NCBI GenBank assembly: GCA_030704615.1
Contig: CM060731.1
Span: 41,106,001-41,170,000 of the forward strand
DNA: 64,000 nucleotides
Source of the DNA: Takakia lepidozioides
Lineage: Eukaryota > Plantae > Bryophyta
Reading direction: 5' to 3'
The notes beneath the pieces were generated by a model. The model was not told where the DNA came from, did no database searches, and was given only the letters and a program-made list of their open reading frames with translations. Positions 25,147 to 37,879 of this stretch are shown piece by piece (position 1 is the first letter of the stretch; the number at the start of each line of letters is the position of its first letter). A program made the position numbers and the translations under genes.

Positions 25147-25553
25147 CAGGAAGTTCTTCTGGAGCTCTGTAGAACAACGAGGCGGCGAGCGAGCAACAGT
25201 GGTGGGCCAGCGTGCAGGGTGCAAGGTATGGTGGTGGGAGATGGTGGTGCGGCAGTGACATGTTGCGACAAGGACAAGCCCTGAGGAGCCATAAGGTGCA
25301 AGGAACGCTGGTGGGCCCAGCGAGCTCTGCATAACGAACAGGATACTGTTAAGTAGCCTCTCCGGTTTTGTAAGTAGATTCAATACATACTGTTGTTACT
25401 CCAATGCAATCTTTGGTTGCTCAGCAGGTTCCCTATATCGCTGTTTCTAGCATAACTCATCGGATTTTAGATTTGTGTGTTTTTTCCCTTGTAACTTTGA
25501 AATATTTATACTTGTAAATAAAGTTCCAGACCATCAAGTATTAAATCGAAACA
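25147..25553. mobile_element. Right part of the probable solo LTR interrupted by the MULE
   Basis: Ends ...tgtaaataaag...GAAACA, the inverse of TGTTTC at 7088. Confidence 0.4.
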
Positions 25554-26849
25554 ACAATAACCATTCTCATAGGCCACATCTCTGTTGTGCTCTAACTTAA
25601 ATGTCTACATAGGCTTTTGTACACGTTTTTTTTATAAAAAAATCGTGAACACCATGTTTGTTCGAAATGATGCCCCTTAGTTATAGTGAGAGGAGAAAAT
25701 AACAGATAACCTCTTTCAAAGTTACCTGCCCAAGCTGGCACAAGGCTTAGGGACACTGATAGGGAAGAAGATTATATATACCACACTCGACAAGGTAGCA
25801 AGATTTGAGCCCAGAGTCACCTGGGTGCAGGCGCTCTACCAACCAACCGTTAGTAAGTAATATATTGATTAATGAAATTTGATCCGATATTGCATTTTAT
25901 GACCGTTGCCACTGTCATACATATACAAAGACCAATAATTTTTTCTTTTTCTTTTTTAAGGTAAAGGGAGCGGAGGCCCTGAGAATTGTATTTACAGAGA
26001 GTGGAAAGAAAAACCACTAATGAGGTTGTGGGGCTTACAACGGGGAGACCACCCCGAGACCTAGTGACTAGAAAAAAGAAATGAAAGTGTAAGGATGTTG
26101 AAGACGGGAAATCTGCTGTCTACGAAGTAGGCAGACAGGGGAGGTGGGGTTGCCAAGAAATTGAGCAAAAAAACTACAGAGAAAGGGGCAGAGAAGGGCC
26201 GAGTAACAAAAGAATTGCTAAGAATCAGCCAGGACAGTGGAGGAACTGAGAATCATAAGATGGAATCTGAAGGAACCAAAGCCTAAAACTTGAGCTGTTG
26301 TCCCGAACTCGCTTACGCCTCCAGCTATAGTCACCTTCATTTCCGTCACTGGGCCGAGACTTCCCATTGCGTGGGGATTGTATCTTTCCAATGGAAGCTT
26401 GTGTTGGAAAGACGAGTGCCAAGCAGGCCGCCCTTGCCCTAGGAGAGATTGAAATCCTAATAAAGTTGCCTCCTGTGTTGGTCCGAAGCTCTGGGAAGAG
26501 CTGCACATGGGGAGACCCAAGTTTTACGCCCCTCAGTCATCAAATCATTAATATAAATAACAAATAGAACCGATATGATGTTGGGGGGTTTCCCGTCGTA
26601 AATCCAAGAGCACCTACTTTTCCAAACACACCACAAAGTATGCGCTCTAAGACATGCCCGGATGGGGCATTTGTCCAGGAATGACGTTCAGCAAATGCAA
26701 GGATGGAGGGGGAGTAATAGGGAGGGTGCCCCAGGAGGAGTTGAACTGCATCACCAGAGACCGAACCCTATGGGTTTTTTGACAGAAGAAAAGACAATGC
26801 TCTAGGGTTTTGGGAATGCAATCAAACTTCCTACTCTAGACGGCTCTTT

Positions 26850-29114
26850 CATTTCAGTGCAGATCAAAGAGGAGCAGCTAAGCATCACATGCTTCAGATG
26901 CAATGGGGAAGGGCACGTTGTTGCAGACTGCCCGCGCAAGGCAATCTCCGACCAAAGGACTGTGAGCGGCCTACCTCCGCTTCTTCACATCAAAACGCAA
27001 AGTGCACCGGAACCCGTGTCATTGCCTTCACGCTCACAAGATGTCAGTGCAGTTGCAGCATCTCTCCCCATGCTCTCGGAAGGACGCCTTGCAAAATGAA
27101 AACGGACGGGCTCGCCCTCGGTCTCATCCCCACCCCCTCGTCCACGCATCATTCTGCAGGCTCCGGCTCAGGGAAGCCCTCCCCCTCATCATCCCCCTGC
27201 AACTTTTGACTTTTGTCCCTACTCCTGCTCTCTTGAGGACCCGTACATCAATTTAGCCACAAGATGCCTAGAGCTCAGATCTTTTGATAATCTAAAGCTT
27301 TGCGAATGGTCTCCCGAGAATGCAGTAAGAAGGAACTTTGCGGTCATCAAGGTCACTCCTATCATTTACACTCTTCTGGATGGTCCCAATCAGCCCCCAT
27401 CCATTATGCTGACCAATGGCTCTGAAGGACTGCCAGGATCTTGGGTGACCACCCACCACGCCACTTATTACAAAGACAACAAGGTTGTTGAGCTTTCTCT
27501 CAAACTGGTGGGAAATATTTTTGCCGAGGAGCCTTTCCAATTTCATCTGTCAAACGAGACTATTGTGCACTTTGGTGCCTTCTGGGAGAACACAGATGAG
27601 TTCGACTCTGCCTCCACGGTGCACATTATGCTAGCTTTCCAATGGGAGGACATTGTCGCTGACAGACCTAAGTGTAAGCTCTACTCCTGGGCTACGCTTC
27701 AGTCTCTAGAAGAAGGACCCGGGGGATCCGCCCCAACAACAAGGACGCTCCCTCTGGGGTCTTCCCGTCAGCAGGAGGTTTTGCCAGAAGCGTCAAGGTC
27801 CTGCGAGCTGGCTTCACCCTTGTCAACGCCATCTTCGGCTCTAGGGCGTCGCTTGCACCATCACCAGCTGCATGCAAGTCTATGGAAGTTGGCTTTCAGC
27901 CATACACTAGCACAGGAAAGAAGGCTCCTCTCGGATCCCCCTCTGCTCCCTCGCCCACAACCTTCGCAGGTCTGCCTTCTCTGGTAAGCCTCGCTTACTC
28001 TGCAAGCTTCCCCATCGCTCCATCCCTCTGCCTGCCCATACCCTGTAGGTGGCATGTTTCAAGTTGGTGGATCCCTCTAGGCAAGCCCCCTCCTTTAAAC
28101 CTGCTCTGGCTATGCCACTCGGTCTTCTTCCTTGCCTACAGAAAGATAATCTACATCCTTCTCAGATCTGTCTATTTTTTAGGCTTAGTCGCAGATCATT
28201 GTGTCTCTTGCATGCTTGGTTGCGTAACGATAAAGTCCACCAGACCAGCGTAACTCCCTCCCAGATTTCTACCCTCTCAACCGATCCTCCCCCCAATGGA
28301 ATAAGTTGGACCCTCTCCTCCTCTCCCCGAGATAGGGATCTTATCACTCTCCACTCTTCTCCTAGGCCATCATTTCGAGAGGTTCTCTCGGGCCCTTGCA
28401 CCCACTTTGATGTCCTTTAACATTAGGTCTTGGAATATTAGGGGCATAGGATCAGATGCTACTGCCCCTAAGAGATCTAGACTTAAAAGATTGGCTACCT
28501 CTTTGTTATCAGATAACTCTATCATCTTCTTACAGGAGCACAAACTAAATGACTCCAAAATTGCATCCCTTGGACAACTGCTCTGGCCCGCTAACGTGGC
28601 TTGGTGGAACAGAACTGTAATGGATTCCAGAGGGGGCACGGCAATTTTGGTCTCTCCTCCCTTGCCAGTCAAGTCTCGGAAGTGTGCACTTGGATGGTCG
28701 GCAGGGCACAATTTGGCATCCTTTCTTTGCCTACCCCAGGGTGCAAAATTGGCTTTATTAATGTTTATGCTCCTAACTCTGTTGCTGAAAGAATCTCCTT
28801 CTAGCAGTTTTTGCATTCAAAGATTCTTCAACGATCTGATGTTGATCAATGGATTTTAGCAAGGGATTTCAATATGACGGATAGAACGCAGGATAGGCTA
28901 GATCCTGGCTCTTTCTCCCTCACCCCGGATGAGCTTAACGCCTGGGAAATTCTATGTCTTTCTGTTGGTTTCATTGATATCTCCATTCCTGAGAATAGGA
29001 ACCTACGCTTCTCTTGGTCTAACTGCAGAACCCCCCCGGAAATAGTCATGGCTAGGCTAGACTGCATCTACTGCACCAGCGGCATAATTTCGTGGGCACA
29101 GCCGTGCCCGTTGG
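26850..29114 (+). mobile_element. L1 LINE, 5' half (ORF1 zinc knuckle and APE endonuclease, decayed); cut by a CACTA insertion
   Basis: CFRCNGEGHVVADC; SWNIRG..IFLQEHKL; INVYAPN; WILARDFN; ARLDCIY. Ends at SWAQPCPL|CACTA. 5' boundary uncertain. Confidence 0.85.
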
Positions 29115-29960
29115 CACTACAACAGATTCCGGCTTTAACGTCTGCCACATTTGCCCAGTCGTAGCATATATGTCTACAAAATGCAAGGGGGCAATCCTGG
29201 TTGCCATTTGTGACCAGCAGAAGTCATATATGTCACCTTGTACCTCCGCCATGTCAGGATCTGCGGTCAAACACGTTTGACCAGATAGGGGAAGATGATA
29301 GATACGACTAGGAGTCATGACCAAAACTGCAACATGATGACGTGGGCATGGGAATGTATAACTGCCAGTATTCACATCTGCACGTGGCGATTGCCGGTTG
29401 CCCAAGAAGTGTCTACGTGGACGATGCAAACTTAAATGGATGAAACATATGCAGGATGTGATTGCAAATGACGACGTGTCAACATATCATTGCTCGCGGG
29501 CACTAAGCCACACCCTGTGAATGAATGAATGGATGAATGAATGATTAGGATGAATTAGAATGAGTGAATTAGGGTGAATTAGGATGAATGTGCTCGAATT
29601 TAGGGTTGTTAGGTCGCAGTGTTAAGTATGAGGATAATAAGTAGTAAAAATATTTAACTACTATTTCATTGACCCAGCAGATTAACAGTAAAACTAATCG
29701 ACTGCTGGTTAAGGTAAGTGAAACAAAACAACTGTATTATCTCAACGAATGATACACTATTGTCTTGCTGACAACTATTGGATGAACGTATGAACGAATG
29801 ATAATGCAAACTCTGAGCTGACAGCAATTGGATGAACTGACAGTGAAACTCATTTAAAGATTTATTTTGGATGAATGGATGAAATTAAAATGGCCAAAAA
29901 ATGGAAAAACAAATGAATGGATGGATGTATTGATGGAAAACCCAAAATCCATCCATCTAT
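29115..29960 (+). mobile_element. CACTA (En/Spm) element, one terminus plus subterminal region
   Basis: CACTACAACAGATTCCGGCTTT terminus preceded by TGG. The partner terminus is at 57680. Inner boundary approximate. Confidence 0.8.
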
Positions 29961-30899
29961 CGAGGATCTAATTTACATTAGAAAAATTCTATAGATTTTT
30001 GGTCAGGTCCAAAAAACTAAAACCAGGTCTAGGTAAGTAGATTTCCCCTTTCCCAAAAACTGCGTCAAACGGAGCTCATTTGACAAAGATATGACCAACC
30101 AGGCTCTTTAAACATAACACCCTTTAAAAAAAAAAAACAAATACAAGGGAAAATCTATTTTCAATAATTTGTCTTGGTTCGCTGTTCCCTGGTTCCCTAA
30201 GAATTCCCTAGACTCATGCCTGGCTCATATCTGAAAAATAACGATCTGATTCTTAACTCAATCGCTCCACAGTGGAATTAGCATGATAAAGGTAATGTCT
30301 TCTCATCCATCCAGTCATGAGTAGAGGGGACTTAGCGTTTTTTTGTCTCCCTGCCATCCGTTTGTTTTCTTTGTGTCGAGTTTGAGAGACGACAATCAGG
30401 ACGGAGCTGTGTTTGCTTTGTTTTAGTGTCGAGTTTGATCATGAGAAACGTCGAACAGGGCGGAGCTATGTTTGTTTTGTTTTAGGGTCGAGTCTGATCA
30501 TGAGAGACGACGAGCGGACCTGGTGGGATAGGGGGCAGACAAGGACTCAAACCCTAGAATCGGGGCATGAAGAAATCCGTCCTGTGCGAAATCATTTCCA
30601 GCTCGGCATGATGCGAGGCCTCTCGTATGAGCCAAGCGAGAGGACATGGCCTTGCGTATGGAGTGGGTGTGCAAGAGCGTATGCATTGTGCAAATGTGTG
30701 AATTTTGCTTTGTTTGCCCCTGTTTTCTCTCACTGAAGTCGGAAGCAGGTTTGCTCGTCTTGGTTTCAGTAAAGGAGTTGGGTTGCTGATTTGTGTGACA
30801 TTGAACTTGTTACATCTGCCTTTTTGTTGGCTCTCTGCAAGAAAAATCCTATGGTCTCTTCTTTTGAACCCACTAGTGCCTTCGGGGATGCCATTCAAA

Positions 30900-32680
30900 T
30901 TAGGTGATTACACGAAACACTTCGCGATAATTGGTATATCTAGCGTGTAGGTCAACGTTGGAGCATGGAACAGCGCTGGCAGCAATTCTTTAAAGATACT
31001 TTACAATGGTGGAATTCCTAGAACAAAGCATGCAAGCAAAGTCAGATTGGTCTGTTTTGGTCGGGAGAATTTTGTGGGCAATCTTCCAGAAGGAGGCTAA
31101 GATTTTGGTGGATTTGACGTCTTTTCTCCATATGTCATTCCAGATATGTCCCCAAGCATCACGTAGGTGCAAATTGTTACTACATTTAGAGTGCCACTTT
31201 GAGAAAAAAGACTGGGGAGGGGAGAAAACAGAGTAGCCCAGCCTAACCGAGTAAAGCAAAGAAGGGGTAGTGTTTTGGATCCATCCAAGACCACTCCCGA
31301 GGGAAAATTGTAAGCCAGCCAAGGAAGCAAGTGAGGTAATTTGCCTACGAAGCCCATTCGAATTCTTTGCCCTAGGAGGGAACAAAAATAATGGTGCCTT
31401 TGTCATCGTAGACCCTTAATATGTGAAAGAGAGAGGACTTGTTCATGTGAAGGAGGCCAGAGACAGTCATACAACCGAACTGATCCACCTAAAAGCCAAA
31501 TTTCTTGGAGGCAACATCCTCTTGCCACGAAAGGATGAGGATAACAATGGTGTTATCTGTGGGACCATGAGAGGCCATCCAGATGGGGGGATTCCAACAA
31601 GTATTATTGTGTTGAAGAAGAGGCAACATATAGGGAGGTAACTGCGAGGTGATGGAGGGCCAGGACTAAGAGCGCACCCATAATGGAGGAGATGTAAGAT
31701 GTGGGCAAAAAAATCACCTCGCTCCCAGATTGAGCCAATGTGAGCAAAACTAGCATTTTCCCAAGCAGCCCATTTGGCTTTGAGGGATAATAAACACATT
31801 ATAGCTCCCAAAGATAGGCTGTCGGATGCATTCCTCGAAGGTACTTGGCATAGACTGAGTGAGAGATTTTCTGACCGAGCACAAGGTCTTCCAGATGGAT
31901 CTCCATGACCATGATCCAAATTGCATGTCTTTGTCAGTACCTTGGATGATCCATCGAAGTGAGGGCGGGGGTCAACCAGAGGTGTGTTGAAGTAGGAACA
32001 ACTCGAAGCAAGTACGGCTGAATGAGTTTGCTCCATGGACTACTGATATGTTACAGTGCTCTGGGAACCCATTTGGCTAAAAGAGCCTTCACCTGTGATT
32101 CATCATCTACGAGCCCCAGCCCTCCATGTTTCTTGGGTTGACAGAGCTGAGACCATGACAGCAAGGCCCACGCGCTTCGGGGAGGTAGGTGAAGCCCCCC
32201 ATATGAGGGTTCTAACAAGGGCTTAACGTTGTTGATGAGAGACTAGCTGTCGGAGGCCCATGTGGCGGCGGAAAACCAGAAGGAGGCCAAAAGTTCAGAA
32301 ATAGTATTGAGAATGAAGTATTTTGTCATTTTTTCTCTATTCAGGGACCAATTAACACCAACCTTTGATCCGGGAGTATTTTTCTTTTGAGTGGAGAAGA
32401 GATCACAATTGGTTTTTTGCGGAGTTATAAGATAGCAGACTTTTGGGCCCATGTCTGCCTGTCTGAAGCTGGTATTAACAGACCTGAAGACATTTAATAA
32501 GGGCTTTTTCTTTACGAAGGGATTTTTCAGCTTTATTCCTTGCAAGCTCTTGACATAGCTTCCTTATGGCTTGGAATTTGAAGAGGAAAATGAGAGTAGA
32601 AGAAATGAGATGGGGAATGGTAGAGGACCAAGATTTTTAGAGAGATTGAATGACCAGATCGCAAATGATTTCTGGATTCA
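30900..32680 (-). mobile_element. Degenerate L1 ORF2 3' fragment
   Basis: WNDIWRKDVKSTKILASFWKIAHKILPT (zf-RVT region) and SWSQLCQPKKHGGLGLVD on the minus strand, homologous to the L1 at 42200-43400. Confidence 0.75.
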
Positions 32681-33974
32681 CACTACTATGTTTAGGGGGG
32701 GGGTAGCGACGCCAGGAACCCGGGCGTGCGGACGCGTCGACCCTCGTGCGATTGCAGCGTCGCACAGGCGCCCGGCCCGAGACTTGTGACGTCGGGGTGT
32801 CACAACGCCGACGCTCGGACGACGTTGTGGCATCTTGCGATGCCATGCCGTCGCCGGAAAGGGGCCTGACCCCATTCCCCCGCCAACGCACTAGGGGGTT
32901 GCGACGCCCCCGGAATGCTGCGACGTCGGGGAATCACAACGAGGCGTCGCAGCGTCGCAGCCCAGCGACGTTTTTGCGACGGCCGGGCACTCCTACGACG
33001 GCGGGGAATCGAAAAAAAAAAAAAAACGTTATATATACATATATATATATGTATATATACATATATATGTATTTGCGATTCCCCCCGTCGTAGGAGCGCC
33101 CGGCCGTCGCTGGGGCTGCGGCGCTGCGATTCCCCGGCGTCATAGGGTCGTCGCGGAAAATTGATTCTGGGAGTAGATTGTAGAGCATAATGGGCTTGGC
33201 ATCCTCAGACTATAGCCATTGTCCAACAATAAGTTGTAATGCAGCTTTGCAAAACTTAGGCCATTGATAGATATTTGTTCTTGAAGAACTCTGGGGACAA
33301 GTCTCGGTGCAAGTTCCAGCTGTGAAAGCTCCTGTAGAGTACGCATAATCTGCAATACAATGATAGGATTGAGAGTCACAAGGATCTAACTCTTGATATG
33401 TATATATATACTTGGACTGTTTTTGTGATACATAGATGTATTGTAGATTTGTTGGTTAGTGTGCAGTGTCTTAGAAGAGTTATAATGTGGAGGTCATAGG
33501 TTCAAATATGCATTGGCTAATATATGTAGAACAATGCACGAATTGCTATTGGACAAAACCGGAGTCAATGGTCAACTAGTTTTTGAAATTCAAAATTCAA
33601 ATTCAAATTCAAAATTTCCCACCTAAATTCAAATGTACCCCCCTACTGTGACGTCTGGGGGTCGCATTTACGACCCCCGGACGTTCCTAATGCGACGTCG
33701 CAGAATTTTATTTTTAATTTAATTTAATTTTTATTTCATTTTTATTTTTTTTCCTATGCCCAAACGTCGCAAGTCGCGTTGGCGCCGCGGCCGGGGGGTC
33801 CCAGGGGGTTTGCGATTCCTCGACGACGCTAATTAGCGACGTTCTGGGAGCGACGTCTCTGCGACTTCCCGACGTCGCAAATGCCCCGGGCGCCATAGAG
33901 TATTTCCGTCGCTATCGCGGCGGTTGGAGGTCGCTGGGGCATCGGTACCCCCCCCCCCCCGAAACGTGGTAGTG
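32681..33974. mobile_element. Complete non-autonomous CACTA element (1294 bp)
   Basis: TIRs CACTACTATGTTTAGGGGG / rc CACTACCACGTTTCGGGGG. 3-bp TSD TCA at 32678-32680 and 33975-33977. Dense GCGACG/CGTCGC subterminal repeats. Confidence 0.92.
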
Positions 33975-34179
33975 TCAGTTTGGAAAATCCTCTGCCTCTG
34001 GCTCTAGCACCAGGGGACAGAAAGGCGGTTTTTAGCAGAATTCTGTAATTCCATTATCTTTTTAGTTTGTATAATCTATAACCAGCTCAGTTGGATAGTT
34101 CATGTCAAAATAGTGGTTTGGGGCTCAAATCTTGCATGTGTGGTATGGTGATGGTGTCTCATGTATGCTTCATGACTTA

Positions 34180-35384
34180 CTAGGGTAGCATGTGCCATTG
34201 GCCCAAGTGTCCAGTGTCATCTAAGCCTAAGTGTAAGATCTTCTCTATGTATCCCTGTACGTCTCCTATGTCGAGGCCCAAGTGCAACCTCTAGGGTAGC
34301 CTATGCCGTTGGCCCATGTGTGAAGAATTGAATCTAAAACAAAGTGCAATTTCCTATGTATCCAAGTGCGTCTCCTATGTCGAGGCCCATCTAAGCCCAA
34401 GTGCAATCTTCTATTCATGTATCCAAGCGTATCTCCCATGTAGAGGCCCAAGTGTCTAGTGTCATCTAAGCCCAAGTACAATCTCCTATGTATCCAAGTA
34501 CGTCTCCCATGTCAAGGTCAATTTTTATTTTTTTCGTGAATTTATTGAGTAGTAACATTATATATTGATATATTTCCTGTGGAGGTTCCAATCATTGTCC
34601 TGGGAAAGCCCACTTTGCTATTTTTTGTGAATTTCCAACGACCGAAAGTACTTGAAATTCGAAATCTCCCACACCTTAGGTCCATCTCAACACGCTACAA
34701 AACAAAACAAGACAAACTGCCTTGCTTCACACATTTGCTAGGGTAGTCCATGCCGTTGGCCCAAGTGTCCAGTGTCATCTATGTCCAAGTGCAATCCCCT
34801 GTGTATCCAGAGACCCCATTGTTTGTTTGGGAGATATAGGGTAGCTTGTGCCATTGGCCCATGTGTGAAGAATTGAAATCTAAGCCCAAGTGTAATCTCC
34901 TATGTATCCATGTGCGTCTCCCATGTAGAGGCCCAAGTGTGATCTTCAGGGTCCAATGTCACCTAAGTCCAACCCAAAGCCCACTGTGCTATTTTTGCAA
35001 TCTCCCATGTCGAGGCTTCGTTAGTATAGTGATATATCCACTTTGTTATTTTTCACGAATTTCCAACAACAAAAAATACTTGAAATTCCAAATCTCCCAC
35101 ATCAAGGGCCAATCATTGCTCCAGGAAAGCCCACTTTGCTATTTTTTACGAATTTCCAGCGACCAAAAATACTTGAAATTCGACATCTCCCACACCGCGG
35201 GTCCAAAAATGATGAGACCAAGCCGGTGCACCCCTCCTCATCGAGGGCTTACCAACGGGATCAAGCACCAGGGCTTGGCCCCTGCGGTTTGGGAGATCTC
35301 AATGACGCTACAAAACAAAACAAAACAAAACAAAACAAAACAAACAAACAAACAAACAAACGTACATCTCGCTTCATATATTGA
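34180..35384 (-). mobile_element. Non-autonomous Helitron-like element with stacked 3' ends
   Basis: The minus strand begins A|TCAATATATGAAG followed by a (TTTG)n/(TTTTG)n microsatellite and ends short GC hairpin + CTAG|T. Further copies of the terminal ctagggtagc..tgcc.ttggccc motif occur at ~34290, ~34738 and ~34836. Confidence 0.65.
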
Positions 35385-35599
35385 TATGAAGAGGGCAAAT
35401 CTTTCCCGAATTCTGAGTTGTCTCTCCATTCTAGAAGAAACCAGGGTTGCCTAAGTTGGCTCCAACTCATAGATATTACATTAAGACATCATTCTTTTTG
35501 TTGGCTATGCGAGCCCACTTGACAATAATACTTCTAGGATATAGAGATAATTTCAAGATCGGAGGATAGGCCAGACTGCTTCGTGGAACGCGGTGAGAG

Positions 35600-37844
35600 G
35601 GACTTGGGACTTAGCCGTTTTTTGCTAAGTCACCCTCACCGTGAACGGAAGCTCTGATGCGCCATTGCTTCTCCTTCCCTCTTCACTTTCATTGAGCTAC
35701 GTCTCAATGTCTATCTCGCCTCTCTCGGAACGAAAAATGGTTCTTGTGTTTTTCAACACACGTCTCTGAATTATCTGATGAAAGATGTCCCTCACAGGAT
35801 TCCCTCTCTCACATACAAATGTGCTCATCATGCTCTGAACCCTTCTCTCTTCTTGCTTCTTTCTTCATCCAGGAGATAAGGCTCTTCACTATCTTTGTCT
35901 CTTGCTCTTCACGAGCAGCTCTCGAATTCTGTGAGCTTCGTGCGTATTGCCAGTCGAATGGCCCTCCTCGCTTTCCGTTGCTGCTCGCTGTGACGGGTTT
36001 TCTCAGCGACAGTTTTTGTCACGCGCTGAACTAAAATCTAGAGGTCTTACAACTGACACCAAGCAAGTGCCTGGAGATAAGTCCTCTTTTTCCCTCCTTC
36101 TCCCCCTCTCCTTCCCGCTTCTGTTCGAACTGCTTCCCTCTCTTTCTCTCCTTTGATACATCCCTCTCTCATCATATATGAGGATCTCTCTATGACGCTG
36201 CTCCTTCCAGTGCTCCCTCTGTGACCTCCCCTCTATCTTGTCACTGCAAATTTGTCCTCTGGTGGAGAACATTTTCTGGAATTCTTGAGTCTGCTTAAAG
36301 ACATCATATTTCCTGGAGTGTTTAATTTCGTGTCTCTGTCCCGCCCTCTCTGATGGCGTTTGTCAATGCCTCCTCTAGTGGCCCTCCCAGGAACAATGTG
36401 CAAAGGGCGGTAAGGCCCGCCAGAGATCATAGGAGAAACGGTCCTAACAACATAAATGGGGGTTTGGGGTTGTTGGGTTCGGCTCCCCTCTCACCGCCAG
36501 GAAGGCTAGCTGAACTCTGGAGTGAGTCAGTAGCCAATTGCTCAGAGGAACAACCTATCCTCAATCTCAATTTGAATGTTATAAAAGAGCACTCCAAAAA
36601 GCTATCTGAGCAGAGGATTCTTTTACACTTTCCTGGTAGGGTAAGAGATAGGCATTGGGCCAAAATGTGGACAATTGAACATTTAGGAGCTGATGGTGGG
36701 CTCACCCCCCACTTCTGTCACCTTGGGGAGGGGATTCTTTTCTATTATGTTCAGTTCTGCGGAACATGCAGCCAAGGCTCTGAAATTTAATGTGAGGCGA
36801 TCTAGGTACAGGGTACACATCTTTCCCTGGTCGATGGATTGGGGCCACAAATTGGTAGTAATTTGCAAACCCAGGATAATTGTGCTTCCCTACCTCCCCA
36901 ACAATTCCCTTCGCTCTCTCCCTGAAATAGGGGCGTACTTTGGGGCCTTCATATGGACCATGAATGTGAATGACTTCGAGGATGCCGACATCTTGAGCAT
37001 TGACCCTGATGGTCACCAAAACTCCACTTGGGATTCTGGAGTCCCCAAGATTGTAGTGTGGATGGCGGAGTTTGCAAAAATTCTAGAGTCCCTGAAGTTG
37101 CCGACATTGGATATCTCATTCATTACGGTATCTGTGTTTGAGGAATGCTTGAATATTCTATGCCACTTATGTCATAGGAGGGACACATAAAGGCTGACTG
37201 CCCTCAAAATAAAAAGACAAAGCTTGCTAACTCCCAGCCTTTGAATGTCACTACTGCCCAGATTCAAGAAGATGCTGTCACTACAGCAAATGGGGGGGGT
37301 TGCGATGCCAGCCGCGCCCCCACGCCCCGCGCGGTGCTTTTTTGCGACGCCCCGGCGTCACAATCCCCCGCTGCGACACCATTGCGACGCCCAGTCATCG
37401 CAAGGTGGCAGGAAGGGGGGAAGAGGGCCCTCGCTGCGATTTTTTTTCTTGCGACGCCCCGACGTCACAAATCCAATTTTTTTTTTGGACGTTGCAACGC
37501 CTCGGCGTCGCAAAAGCGTCATTGAGGGCGCCTCTGCGACGCCAGGGCATCGCAACAACATCACCACAATGAGAGTTTATTTTTTTTATTTTTTTTGGCT
37601 TTGCGGCCCTCAAATTCACAAAAGCGTCGCTGGGGGCGTCCCGCTCTGGGATAGCCAATGTTGCGACTCCAGGGGTCGCAATGGTGTTGTACTCAGCTTA
37701 GGTCATCACAAGGATGTCGTTTGGGGCACCTGGCAGTGGGGGGGTGCAACAACGACGACGACGTTGGGGCTGGGGCTGGGCACTAAGGTTGTGGAGATTG
37801 CAACTCCCAGGCGTCACAAGAGGGACCCCCTTAGAATGAACTTG

Positions 37845-37879
<35 letters not shown>

